DNA from: a virus | Lineage: Duplodnaviria > Caudoviricetes | Reading direction: 5' to 3' (one strand) | Virus record (IMG/VR): IMGVR_UViG_3300027753_000024 | Coordinates: 1-48,579 of that record | Length of the DNA stretch: 48,579 bases | In this document: piece after piece, positions 32,201-40,536 of the stretch | Position numbering within the stretch: the first letter of the stretch is position 1 | How the letters are laid out: the number at the start of each line of letters is the position of its first letter | Notes under the pieces: model-generated | What the model was told of the DNA's origin: nothing | Databases searched by the model: none | Seen by the model: the letters and a program-made list of their open reading frames with translations, nothing else | Position numbers and translations under genes: made by a program

Positions 32201-35200
32201 GCCATAGGTTTAAATACTTTAAACTCTTTCTTGAATTGTATCTTGTTTCTAAACTTACCTATTTCTATATCTCCAAATAAACGATCTACGTTAAGAGGAG
32301 AAGTTCTATTGAATAGGTGATTTATAGCATCCTTTAATGCGTACATAAATCTTTTTAATGCCCCTTTTAGCCCTGATAGTGCTTTATTAGAAATCATTAG
32401 TACCCTGAACTCTTCTGCAAGTTTTTCTTCTATCTCTAAATCTGTAGAAGTGGTATCATTATATCTATTCCTAGCATCTGCTAAGACTTGTTCTCTTTGT
32501 GTACTTGTTAGCCCAAGAGTAAATACTGCGTGAAACGCCTCATGATATCCTCTGCCTTTAGTTCCTTTAGTTCTTAAGTAAATACCTGCCTCAGTAAATA
32601 GGCCCTCTAATACCTGCCCTTTACTCTTTACCTGTTGTACAAGACCAGCAACTGTAGGAATATCTCCTACAAGCTCTCCTTCATCTACATAAGTTTGTAC
32701 AAGAGCGTCTCCTCCTAGTACATTAGAAATAAAGTTTATTTCATCCTCTACGTCTTCTGCAGAGTTTACTTCTTCCTCAGATATAACAGAAGTCTTAAAA
32801 TCGCCACTTATATCTAATGCGCCTGAATCTTCGACTGCACTATCTAATTCTTTTGCGGCTTCTTCACTTTGCTGTGTTGATTGAGCTTCTTTAGCTTCTG
32901 CTATTAATTTTTTATATTTTTCATTAATTGTTTTCCTTTGTGATTCTTCACTTTCAAGAATCCTTTTAACCTGTTCTTTTATTTCTGGTATCTTTTTTTC
33001 CAGTCTTTTTAGAGGAACACTTTCTGTTTCTGTTTTCCATTTAGCCCCAGCCATTCCTGGATATGATACATAATCTCCCTTAACATACATTCCAACTTCT
33101 TTAAAAGAAAAATCTGGATTTAATCTAAAATAATAGCCCTCGTTACTAGTTTCATAATAACTCCCTTTGTCTATAGTACCTATATTATCTAATTTTTTGT
33201 CTCTCTCTGTTTCTAATTCTTTAACTTTAACCTCTGCTGTTGTGCCTTTTATAAAACTTACTAAATCTTGGGTTTCTCCTTGTTCTACAGTTTCTTCTGT
33301 TTTTGTATTTATTTCTGTTTGTATCGGAGATGTAAAGTTTGCAGCATCATAGTCTTGCAGTGCTTTATTTGCAGCAGCTAACTTTGGTCTTGTCTCCTTT
33401 ATATTCTGAGGAGTCATACTGTCTTCAATAGACTCAACTTCAGCGGCAAGTGCTTCCCTCTCTGCCGTAGTTCCTGTACCCTCTATGACATCGTATATAG
33501 GTCGCTCCACCTGCTTTCCGTTTACTAAACGCTTTGGTTTTGAAACCCTATCAATAATCATAACACCCTTCGGAACTTGGTCGCTTTCTCTTCTATTTCC
33601 AATCTCTATAATTTCACTATCTGATACTTCTCTTCCAATCTCCCCATCAAACACATACCCCTCAGCTTCAAGCTCTGCCTTAGACGCTCTATACCACGCC
33701 ATGTCTTCCTTACTTACAGATGCTGTACTTGCAGTTGCATTGTTAAGGAAGTTAGTGACTGCCTTAACCTTACCTCCTATATCCGTAGCAGAAGCAAAAT
33801 CAGATTTAGCTTTATCAATTCTTTTTTGTAGTCTACTACTTTCTTTACTAGCTTGTTCTGTAGTAGCCCCTGTTGCAGTCTCGTCTGCTATAGTTTCCTC
33901 AGAGCGCTCACTTGGTTGTGTAACAGGTGCTGCGGACTGGACGTTTACTTTATAGCTTGGGCTATGGATTCCTACTGATACATCCATATTATGGTCTAGA
34001 TACTCTGCTACATCTGTATTATAATTACCAGAGTTTATCTTAGCTTTATCTATAAAAGCAATTGTTCCCTTTCCTTCTTCTGTACTTAAAAGAGCTTCTT
34101 TTAACTTCTCTTGTTCTGCCTCTTGGCTATTTACTAGTACTACGCCTTCTTCTAGTTCTATTTTAAAGTTACTCTTATCCCTATTAATGTGAATTAAGTT
34201 CTTTAATTGACTAAGAGCTTCTTTTGCTACCTCTGGGTTACTATCATATAACCCGTCTACTAAATTTGAAACTGTGTTTTTTAGACTGTCAACTTCTCCA
34301 ACTTTTTTGGTAAATAATCTAACAGGAAAATATCTACCATCTGGAGCAGGTACTAATGCATAAACATACCCTCCCTTTAAAATAGTTTTCCCTTCTTTAT
34401 TTTTACCAGCAGCAGCAAGATTTTCAGAATTTTTTATAACTAGATTGTCAGGTATTAATCCTGCCTCTTCAAGTCCTGCTAACTTAACATTTCCGTTAGT
34501 TACTACTGTGGTTATAAGTTTTACGTTTGGATATTTTTCAAGAATAGTATTTAAATCTGCAAATCCTCCGTTAGGTAAATTAAGTATTCTTCCAGGTAGC
34601 TTGCTTTTAACTTGTCCTTTTTTCTCAGAAGTAAATCTATCTCCTGCGTCTCTAGCTCCAGAGTTTTCATACTCTGATTCTATAGCCTTTCTAAGTTCAG
34701 GAGCTACTTTCTTACGGTTTTTTCCTTTACCTCTATATTCAGGTATAACTCCTATAAATATTTCTTCCTCGTTTACGTTAACAAACATCTCAATTCGATA
34801 TGTACGCTTACTGTCGCCCCTATCGCCTTGATTATATTCATCTGTACCATCTATTACATAGGATACTTTTTCTCCCTTAACCTTAAACTTAGGATTTAGA
34901 TGCTTGTCTATACTTTTGTCTCCTTTAGTCTGGAAATCATAAAATATATGATTTAAGGGGGTTCCGTCGTCTCCTCTTTCTACTTCTCCTTCTGGCCCCG
35001 CAAGGTGGAGTAGATTTCCTACAAAGGATTCATCAGTAGATGTTTCTATTGTTTCTGCATTGGAGTCAAACGTAGAAGTATTTGTTTCTTTTGTGTTTAC
35101 GTCTGGAGCATCTTCTACTTCTTGTCCTACTTCTTCCGATAATTTTTGATTTAGTAATGAGTTAAGAAGGTCTTTTCTAGGATCTGGGTTATTAGGCGCT

Positions 35201-37602
35201 TGTAGTTCATTGTAGTTTGTTACTAGTTGTTCAGCTGCTTTTTGAGGATCGTTGTCTAGAGTAATATTTAAAGTGTCCCCAAATTCAGGTATGGCCCTAT
35301 GGTGAGCTGCTGCGTTTCCTTGTAGTAAGGTAGCTAGGTTTTTTATTTTATCTTCTGGGCTTAATTCTTTATTTTCAAGTATAGCCTTTACCTTAGGCAT
35401 TTCTGTAAGAAGAGCAATTGTTGTAGTGCGGTTTGTATTTTCAGGTTCACCGCCTATTTGTTCTTTTTCTTCCGTTTTAATAGCCTCTACTTCTTCAACT
35501 GTAGTTGCTTTTTGAGTCCTATCACTATACCCAGCCACTGTACCCGCTTGTTCTTTAGCTTTTGCTTCCTCTCTTAATTGAGCTTTGACTACTTCATTTT
35601 CTTCAAACCCTTTGGCTGTTTGAAGTTTACCTACTTTAGATCTGTATGACTCAGAAATCATCCCTTGATTTAAAGCTGTAAATTGTTTAGACAATAAGCT
35701 ACCGTCTTTCAGGGTTTTTTTAAATGGTTTGTTATCTGCTTTTATAGTCTCATCTAACTGTAATTTTCTTTCTTTTAAACTATCTAAAAACTTTTGTTCT
35801 GCGGCATCAGGCTTACCTTTTTTAGCTCCTAAAAATCGTATGATAGCTTCTCTTTCTATATAATTTCTATGGTTAGTTACCTCTGGACTTGTTATGCCTC
35901 CTTCTTTTTCTAATTGTTGATAGGTATTATCTATTTCAGTATTTATTATTCTTCCATCTTGAATAGCCTTTTGTGCTATAAAAGAATAAGTAGCTATGTC
36001 TGCTAGTTGACTAGGGGTATATGCTGCGTTACCTTTCTCATCTACCTCTGATGACATCCGCAGTACTTGCTCATTTAAACCATTAATCATTTCTACAGTC
36101 TGAGTAAACTCGTCTGTAGTCTCTTCTTGGGTTTTTGAGAATTTAGTTAAAGACTTTATTACATTATTTAAATTTCCATTTAAGTTAATGTCTCTTTGTA
36201 TTATAGCGCCTAGTCCAAAGTTTTTCACTCCCAGTGCGCCATCTTTTTGCTTAAGTTTAGACAAAGCCTCATACTGTAATAATTTGTCATTGACTTTACC
36301 TGAAGCTTTATTAAAGACAGCTCCCATAGTATGGAATCCTCCTCCCATTACTGCCCCCATCATAGCAGCAGATTGTAACTCCTCACTTGCTAAGTATCCA
36401 TCAAGTCTTTCAGAGAACCCTTCTTCAAACATTTTACCCTCTCGTAAAGCTTCTTGTCCTACTACTGCTTGATAAGTTTCTTCAAGAGCCTCTGACCCTG
36501 CTTGAAAAGCTAATTTTCTGCTACTGTTCCATCCTTTCTTAGCGTAGTTAGCTAACTTACTTGCTTTATTAGCCCCTCTTGTTGCAGCTCCTCCTACCTT
36601 AAATAGTTTATTTAACCCTCCAAATGCCATAGCATATTGAGCATAGTCCATAGTACCTGCTGCCCAATTCCAAGTAGTAGTTTTAGCAGCGGCATCTGCA
36701 GCTTTTAAATAATCTTCTTTATACTTGGAAGTAAGAGCTGACTCAGGATTAGCTAATAAAAATGCACTTTCTGCTTTTGCCTGATCATAAGACATGTCAT
36801 AGTTTTCCATTAGAGACTCTGTAAGAGATTGGTCATAAGTCCCAAACCCCTCTAACATATTCTCTGCGTGTCTAGACGATAAAGTGGCTGCAGTCGTTCC
36901 TGCAATATTACCCGCCTTGCCTACTATATTAGTGGCTTTTATTTGTGCTTTAGTTGCAGCTGCTACTTGTTCTGCAGTTCTTATGGCTCCCGTTACTTTA
37001 GCAGAAGCTTTACCTATCTTAGAAAGTCCTACTAATCTTGAAGCTGCTTTAGTAGCTAGAAAACCAGCTCCTCTGCCTATAGCCATTCCTGGTATTAATA
37101 AAGAAATAGTAGATCCTATAGAGCCTGCATTAGTTGCCCAAGACATTGCATTAAAGGGATCAAAGTTTTGATCTTCTTCTCTTGCGTAGATAGGGTTAGA
37201 CTCTATCATAGACTCTTTAGTCTGCCTTGCCCAAGTAGATAATGAGTTTTGAGTATCTATAAAACCATTACTATCTTCTTGCCAAACATTGCCAAATAAA
37301 TTAGCAACGCCTGTTCCTACATACCCTACCATCTCAGGTATTTCCATTAACGCTGTAGCTCCAGCATTTTGAAATGCATTTTCTACTACATCCCAACTTG
37401 ATTGATTACTTCGTCTTAAAGCATCAACATCTTCTGTAAATAAATTTAGACCTTGATCATACTTAGCCTCTGGCGCAGGCGCCATGTCTGTAGCTATAGT
37501 AAACGAGGGGGCTGCAGGCTCTACATAGTTACCTTCTGAATCTACCCTTAGGGCTTTTAAAAATCCTCTATAGTCTCCTAATTTTACTTCTTCTTCTGGC
37601 AT
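26236..37602 (-). CDS. Giant virion-packaged RNA polymerase (crAss-like, single chain) fused to zincin and N-terminal cargo regions
   Basis: Catalytic TGLDFDIDK (DFDID at 28531-28545), GFRTPT, TTDGATF, HEAFH...EEKLAEEF (32530-32544), and Gly/Ala-rich hydrophobic N-terminus. Confidence 0.92.
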   Translation of the reverse strand: MPEEEVKLGDYRGFLKALRVDSEGNYVEPAAPSFTIATDMAPAPEAKYDQGLNLFTEDVDALRRSNQSSWDVVENAFQNAGATALMEIPEMVGYVGTGVANLFGNVWQEDSNGFIDTQNSLSTWARQTKESMIESNPIYAREEDQNFDPFNAMSWATNAGSIGSTISLLIPGMAIGRGAGFLATKAASRLVGLSKIGKASAKVTGAIRTAEQVAAATKAQIKATNIVGKAGNIAGTTAATLSSRHAENMLEGFGTYDQSLTESLMENYDMSYDQAKAESAFLLANPESALTSKYKEDYLKAADAAAKTTTWNWAAGTMDYAQYAMAFGGLNKLFKVGGAATRGANKASKLANYAKKGWNSSRKLAFQAGSEALEETYQAVVGQEALREGKMFEEGFSERLDGYLASEELQSAAMMGAVMGGGFHTMGAVFNKASGKVNDKLLQYEALSKLKQKDGALGVKNFGLGAIIQRDINLNGNLNNVIKSLTKFSKTQEETTDEFTQTVEMINGLNEQVLRMSSEVDEKGNAAYTPSQLADIATYSFIAQKAIQDGRIINTEIDNTYQQLEKEGGITSPEVTNHRNYIEREAIIRFLGAKKGKPDAAEQKFLDSLKERKLQLDETIKADNKPFKKTLKDGSLLSKQFTALNQGMISESYRSKVGKLQTAKGFEENEVVKAQLREEAKAKEQAGTVAGYSDRTQKATTVEEVEAIKTEEKEQIGGEPENTNRTTTIALLTEMPKVKAILENKELSPEDKIKNLATLLQGNAAAHHRAIPEFGDTLNITLDNDPQKAAEQLVTNYNELQAPNNPDPRKDLLNSLLNQKLSEEVGQEVEDAPDVNTKETNTSTFDSNAETIETSTDESFVGNLLHLAGPEGEVERGDDGTPLNHIFYDFQTKGDKSIDKHLNPKFKVKGEKVSYVIDGTDEYNQGDRGDSKRTYRIEMFVNVNEEEIFIGVIPEYRGKGKNRKKVAPELRKAIESEYENSGARDAGDRFTSEKKGQVKSKLPGRILNLPNGGFADLNTILEKYPNVKLITTVVTNGNVKLAGLEEAGLIPDNLVIKNSENLAAAGKNKEGKTILKGGYVYALVPAPDGRYFPVRLFTKKVGEVDSLKNTVSNLVDGLYDSNPEVAKEALSQLKNLIHINRDKSNFKIELEEGVVLVNSQEAEQEKLKEALLSTEEGKGTIAFIDKAKINSGNYNTDVAEYLDHNMDVSVGIHSPSYKVNVQSAAPVTQPSERSEETIADETATGATTEQASKESSRLQKRIDKAKSDFASATDIGGKVKAVTNFLNNATASTASVSKEDMAWYRASKAELEAEGYVFDGEIGREVSDSEIIEIGNRRESDQVPKGVMIIDRVSKPKRLVNGKQVERPIYDVIEGTGTTAEREALAAEVESIEDSMTPQNIKETRPKLAAANKALQDYDAANFTSPIQTEINTKTEETVEQGETQDLVSFIKGTTAEVKVKELETERDKKLDNIGTIDKGSYYETSNEGYYFRLNPDFSFKEVGMYVKGDYVSYPGMAGAKWKTETESVPLKRLEKKIPEIKEQVKRILESEESQRKTINEKYKKLIAEAKEAQSTQQSEEAAKELDSAVEDSGALDISGDFKTSVISEEEVNSAEDVEDEINFISNVLGGDALVQTYVDEGELVGDIPTVAGLVQQVKSKGQVLEGLFTEAGIYLRTKGTKGRGYHEAFHAVFTLGLTSTQREQVLADARNRYNDTTSTDLEIEEKLAEEFRVLMISNKALSGLKGALKRFMYALKDAINHLFNRTSPLNVDRLFGDIEIGKFRNKIQFKKEFKVFKPMASEVKSEGISNAHVKEYKDLYRHLVSRVLATVKAQDGYEGLTSTQALRKAATNRRGDVVLFLNDTIFNHMIKERNNSTEEADKVEINNFLLNYFSFEKVDGKLVTSKKGKMSAMLADSIFSLRDYGIVINPNIQEIVTLEDNVDIEEAFEGAEEAEEKDNFFRSRMEEDNRQRIPSTVRTKLHTIPKLDKEGNKTYSPIMGTVQYYDGEAVISSLESSISNSHSVGHMIEKLEKLNQPWVPQLLQLAQEKEIQSTLWTGIGDNQFIKYFGVDNKGKIYLANRKTLKTIVRDTLASAYTVDSNPYLNNEAKGKEALEEFTEIRKEIRDFSNNDASDETLSPILDKLANLLERSFIPLNREGLDALMGFSSLFPSLKSKATNFNEGTLLQLNSIYADMSNGRNPFSVLPKIGTSVRSTLENFAKDYAEISDLKVQPVFFGANKKPKYSLVESNYLSKLITLIQKNPKEFKNNVKGYLADMPIMGDLKDIDIYLLENTATEKSGKRSYLDISPEELNRANMNAFFNNKFGKNNMGLFSIPIPSDSKMLYYLQFPKQTTEGAVTKLAQVAIAEQRRIDEFAHENNSGVRNISNIEKNRKNFQYFPFLNNVKFKITKENEGQIKDAIRNYLEEEYETFVSKLKEFGQTDRISDGREVWESRKEGLTLKSFTEFANSNTGGLIKLANGESIRILNGKGDLELTGQEVKKFNISGFTDLGSLKDSKFIPSGEKEAAKNYFYNAFYHNTQITELVHKSPAYYKGVADFFKRVKQGNTNGTSPAESITAKVKVKADVLAENSSEEKVALKKAGKKDKTTQDLIEKAENNTTDGATFISMAKYKEYMEAIQQWDADKEVAYGKYLKAAKNWKPGTAFKNPLTAKENQDLFKGFKPFMFTEREVKNDDGISIGTSSPVQLKNSIQVLTPELVVLGGNAGNLAEAYNEMYVNEEKADLIAFSSAVKVGNPGVDQIMEVNLKDMLLAQNTPSHWYEHVARIGSQMRVHQMNNIALEANYNLKGENVKGADLLVLLNKLTEANLKEDNERLTSIINNSEEDYQVLRQEIVKVLTNRGAPTAIINSINDSIEVSDKEIIPKLYSSYGSKEAESVVAALFKSRVFKQKLPGGQFVNFTSYGLSDNLEYKVDETANKLTMEAYLPAWSKDLLDLPVKEDGTVDMSKVDPEVLELVGFRTPTESKYSIVAIEVKGFLPANLGGNIVLPKGITSRTGLDFDIDKMFVFTPHNTTQKEIDKVVVDESFEVDKGPNQSRKARENGLISIYYAISSNLKSHGEESIGPGHFENLKEAAYTAYLKNNVSDHKAKSAGELSGMSIKEKGEIIEEEEAKKYNIANPSTQLEFYNRIQSGGNLIGVLVNHLINNIKSKSTSLELKDPITINGQEYKSLSSNNMDIDYRLQEFATAIVDNTKDPLAAFINLNINTADAYMAAIRLGLPIDYTVALFSTPLAIKLYNSSKTTGKPFLVEAQKALTELQGERKEGSESSGGYTNLNLEDLFDSTRQGGFTFKNNTSIEKEELLNTFIKLSEVGADLSTVIRGTKLDASAASTSAAGVMLQNKMVEKVTEDNFTSIQGTGKFFSEDGILKMYKENAHDPVREAYAKFFPYFNESFEGLVTKFLETVPADAFLNDRVISNMFKHAETYHIANHDGLARFSTEVVMKSVHKAFIEFKRDYAASYPTLISALRLETQKVDPSLEEDRIVVNRSAISKDQINLAHEEWKAMMSNEENAGFARNLLAYALKTTGYTPSPFSIINLIHPDAFNETFGSEQSIEGRLESLLNNVDVPFDNFMSFYVRNVFKEDNSFLLKADEAAKEEDGTLVIKKVNGEVPSYYKNTIGNAVDFLIKRDKEGDRLFALDEGEDNKITYIEVSSLGTKFYRQDYTPAEESLELPEGKRKLTEEPLNKFEPLIGTTEKGEPSAEDIGTPFEFPVQENTVAKKTTFEEYFKAVESSTTKAQAFSREEWNKLPLEEQKAVMDDIKKCDG

Positions 37603-37636
37603 CTTATTTATTCTTTGTCTTTACTAGGCGGTACTA

Positions 37637-37644
37637 CAAATTTA
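37637..37644 (-). promoter_or_regulatory. Bacteroidota -7 promoter element (TAAATTTG) upstream of the vRNAP gene
   Basis: TAnnTTTG in the 65-nt intergenic gap, 34 nt before the ATG. Confidence 0.55.
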
Positions 37645-37667
37645 CTATTTCTTTAGTAAGTATAATT

Positions 37668-40532
37668 TTATACTCTATTACCACTTCTGATATTAGCAGC
37701 ATATAAATCTATTCTGCCTTCAAAAAATCCATCAGATTTTAATGCTTCATAAAGGCGAATATCTTCTTGTTTTATTATACTCTCAACTAATTGACTTGTT
37801 GGGAGTTCAGAGAAAGATGAATCTGTAGTATAGTCAGTTCCTAGCTCACCATTAATAAAACTTAAAACACTTTTTGCGTAAACGTCTGGGTTGTTGTTAT
37901 CTGTTGAAGGTGCCCATATTTTTAAAGCGTCTAGAGTATTAGTTCCCTTGCTTACTACCCTACTTGATAAACCGCCTTTAAATTGTTTTGCTTTAACATC
38001 CCAAATAAGTCCTTTTAACCCACTATCATAAGAGTCAAAAGTTTGATAGCTACCACTGCTACCAGTTTTATATACTCCCGACTTGTATGGATTACTGTTA
38101 TTAGGTCTTAAGTTACCAAAACTTTTAGTAAGCACAGCTACACCCCCTCCGTTATTTCTAACTTCTTGTTCCCAAGGCTCAAGTTGATTCTCTAAAGCTT
38201 CCTGCCCTAGATTTCCTTCTCTACTTACTGTTGTCAGAGTAAGGTCCCCACTATTTGAAATAGTTTTTTTAGTTCCTGTTAACGGATTATCCTTTTTTTT
38301 TACTTCTTCTTCACCTGCTATTTGAGTATATCTTTTTTGTACCCCGTTCTCTACTTGAGTTAAAATAGATGCAGGGTTATTAGTTTCAAACTCTGAACTC
38401 ATTTGAGAGGTTCCATCTGGCCCTACTATATTCCATCTAACATCCCAGTTATCTGCAGAATGTCTAGTTGTTGTTATTTCTAGATTGTTAAGAGTGCCTG
38501 CAGCCCCCTCGTTTATATTAGGGATAGTAGTAACATTTTCTGCTACCGTGAAAGCTCCCCTTGTAATATTATGGTTATACTCTTTTTCTGGAGTAGTGCC
38601 TTTGGTCTGCAATCCGTATTCAGGCATTGCATAATATTGGGTACCTTCCTCTGTACTTACTTCTACTAAAAAGCCCTCAGTTAACTGACTTGGATTACCA
38701 GAGGCAACTGCCCCTATTATGTTTATCTGGGTTATATCTTCCATTTCATCTAATGCTAAAGGAGTAATTGGGTCTCCACTAGGATCTGATAATGGGAATA
38801 ACATAGTTGTTTGATTGAATTTTGTTTTCGAGTCATTTGTTAGGTTTTTAGAATATAAGAGGCTTTCTTCTTTCTTTTCTATTGCCGCAACCCTTCTTGC
38901 ATCCTCTGGAGTAGTTCCTACTGGAAATACTCCAACTGACGTATATCCTATGTTATTTCCAACTTCTCTCTCGTATTTGTCTACAAAGCGAACTAGTTTT
39001 TTATTATCTTTTATTATATTTTGTAATGCTAATCCCTCTACTTCTTTTTTAGAATGTATAGCTCCCTTACTACCGTTGTATCCTTCTTTTAACTGCTGTT
39101 TAAGCACGTCAGATCTACGAGTGTCTATGAACTCCTTAACTGCTTCCTCAAACATTTCTTCATCATACTTAGTAATAAAGCTAAGTTCCTTTTGGTCCAT
39201 AATCAAGGAAGGGTCTGCAAATCTATTTAATGCTTCATACTGTTCATTGCTTACATAACTTTCTATTTCTCTAGTATGAGACTTACCATCCCCCCTATCT
39301 TCTGTAACATAAGTACTTTTTAGTTTCCATTCCCCTTTGTGCTCACCTTCCTCTTGGAAAGTACCAATTTGTCTGGTACTTAGATCATACCTTTCATTAT
39401 CTGAATTACCTAAAATAGGAATGGGATCAAGAGATAATTGAATAGCATCTACGAGAGATTGAGGGTCATACTCAGCCCCAGCCCTAACATCTATGTCTTG
39501 TCCAAGAGTTTTATTTAAATTAGCAACCATGTTGCTCGCCCCGCTAAGAAAAGAGACATTAGCGAGACCAGACATATCTGCTTGTTGTAATAGACTTTTC
39601 TCTACCGCAACTTCTTCAACTTCTTTACCTCCTAAAGCATTACCTGCTGCCCCAGTATTTACCTGTACATTACTTTTTGTTTTTTGACTACTTACTATTC
39701 CAGCCATATTAGTAGCTAACTTAACTATGTCCTCCATACGATTGCCTTTATAGTCCCAGTCTTCTCCAAAAGCATTTCCTTTAGTTTGATACTCAGCGGT
39801 AATATACTCTATAAATTTTTCAAGTCCCGCAGTATTATCACTTATAGTATTTCCTAGATCATACTTTACAACAGGTAACCTTATAGGCTGCCCCTGGTCA
39901 TTTATTCCGTCTGTATACTCTACACTAAGTCCTGCCCCTGCAAGGTCTTCCATTTTTACTCCTGCCTTACTTGCAAGATCAGCTAAATGTGAAGTGTGAT
40001 CTTTGGATATAGGAGGACTAGGAAAACTATGTGCGGTTATTAAGTCCCCTGTATTAGGATCAAAAGCTCCATCTTTGCCTTCTTTTTCTGCTTCTAATTG
40101 CCATTCATTCCATTTGGAATTTAACAACTCTCTGTTTTGCCCACTTTTAGCATCAAAGTAATTCTTTTTAGCCTCTTCTCTTTCGGTATAATACTTAGTA
40201 GCTTGATAGTATATGCCAGTATTCTTTGCTTGTGCTACATCTTTATTTAAAGCTAAGACTTGCTTACGGGCATCATATAGGTTAGCGTTGTTACCGCTTA
40301 TACTATTTGTAACATTTTCTATTCTAGTATTATAATCATTAGTGATATCATTTAATATACCTGCTTTATCTTGCTCCGTAGCTAATACTCCTGTGTCAAT
40401 AGCAAATAACGCATCTGTAAGTTTATCCTTTTCTGCTTTACGCTGCATAGGAACAAACATAGCTTCCTCAAAGCCTAACTCTGGGGTTACTGCTGGTCCT
40501 TTTAAATCTTTAGTAAATCTACCTATTGCCAT
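37668..40532 (-). CDS. Internal virion protein with C-terminal lysozyme-like domain
   Basis: C-terminal FGNLR...F.SY..G..GL...WAP..DNNNP..YA..V...I..QE resembles the NNPGNIR/WAP virion family; position upstream of vRNAP. Confidence 0.7.
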   Translation of the reverse strand: MAIGRFTKDLKGPAVTPELGFEEAMFVPMQRKAEKDKLTDALFAIDTGVLATEQDKAGILNDITNDYNTRIENVTNSISGNNANLYDARKQVLALNKDVAQAKNTGIYYQATKYYTEREEAKKNYFDAKSGQNRELLNSKWNEWQLEAEKEGKDGAFDPNTGDLITAHSFPSPPISKDHTSHLADLASKAGVKMEDLAGAGLSVEYTDGINDQGQPIRLPVVKYDLGNTISDNTAGLEKFIEYITAEYQTKGNAFGEDWDYKGNRMEDIVKLATNMAGIVSSQKTKSNVQVNTGAAGNALGGKEVEEVAVEKSLLQQADMSGLANVSFLSGASNMVANLNKTLGQDIDVRAGAEYDPQSLVDAIQLSLDPIPILGNSDNERYDLSTRQIGTFQEEGEHKGEWKLKSTYVTEDRGDGKSHTREIESYVSNEQYEALNRFADPSLIMDQKELSFITKYDEEMFEEAVKEFIDTRRSDVLKQQLKEGYNGSKGAIHSKKEVEGLALQNIIKDNKKLVRFVDKYEREVGNNIGYTSVGVFPVGTTPEDARRVAAIEKKEESLLYSKNLTNDSKTKFNQTTMLFPLSDPSGDPITPLALDEMEDITQINIIGAVASGNPSQLTEGFLVEVSTEEGTQYYAMPEYGLQTKGTTPEKEYNHNITRGAFTVAENVTTIPNINEGAAGTLNNLEITTTRHSADNWDVRWNIVGPDGTSQMSSEFETNNPASILTQVENGVQKRYTQIAGEEEVKKKDNPLTGTKKTISNSGDLTLTTVSREGNLGQEALENQLEPWEQEVRNNGGGVAVLTKSFGNLRPNNSNPYKSGVYKTGSSGSYQTFDSYDSGLKGLIWDVKAKQFKGGLSSRVVSKGTNTLDALKIWAPSTDNNNPDVYAKSVLSFINGELGTDYTTDSSFSELPTSQLVESIIKQEDIRLYEALKSDGFFEGRIDLYAANIRSGNRV

Positions 40533-40536
40533 AATT

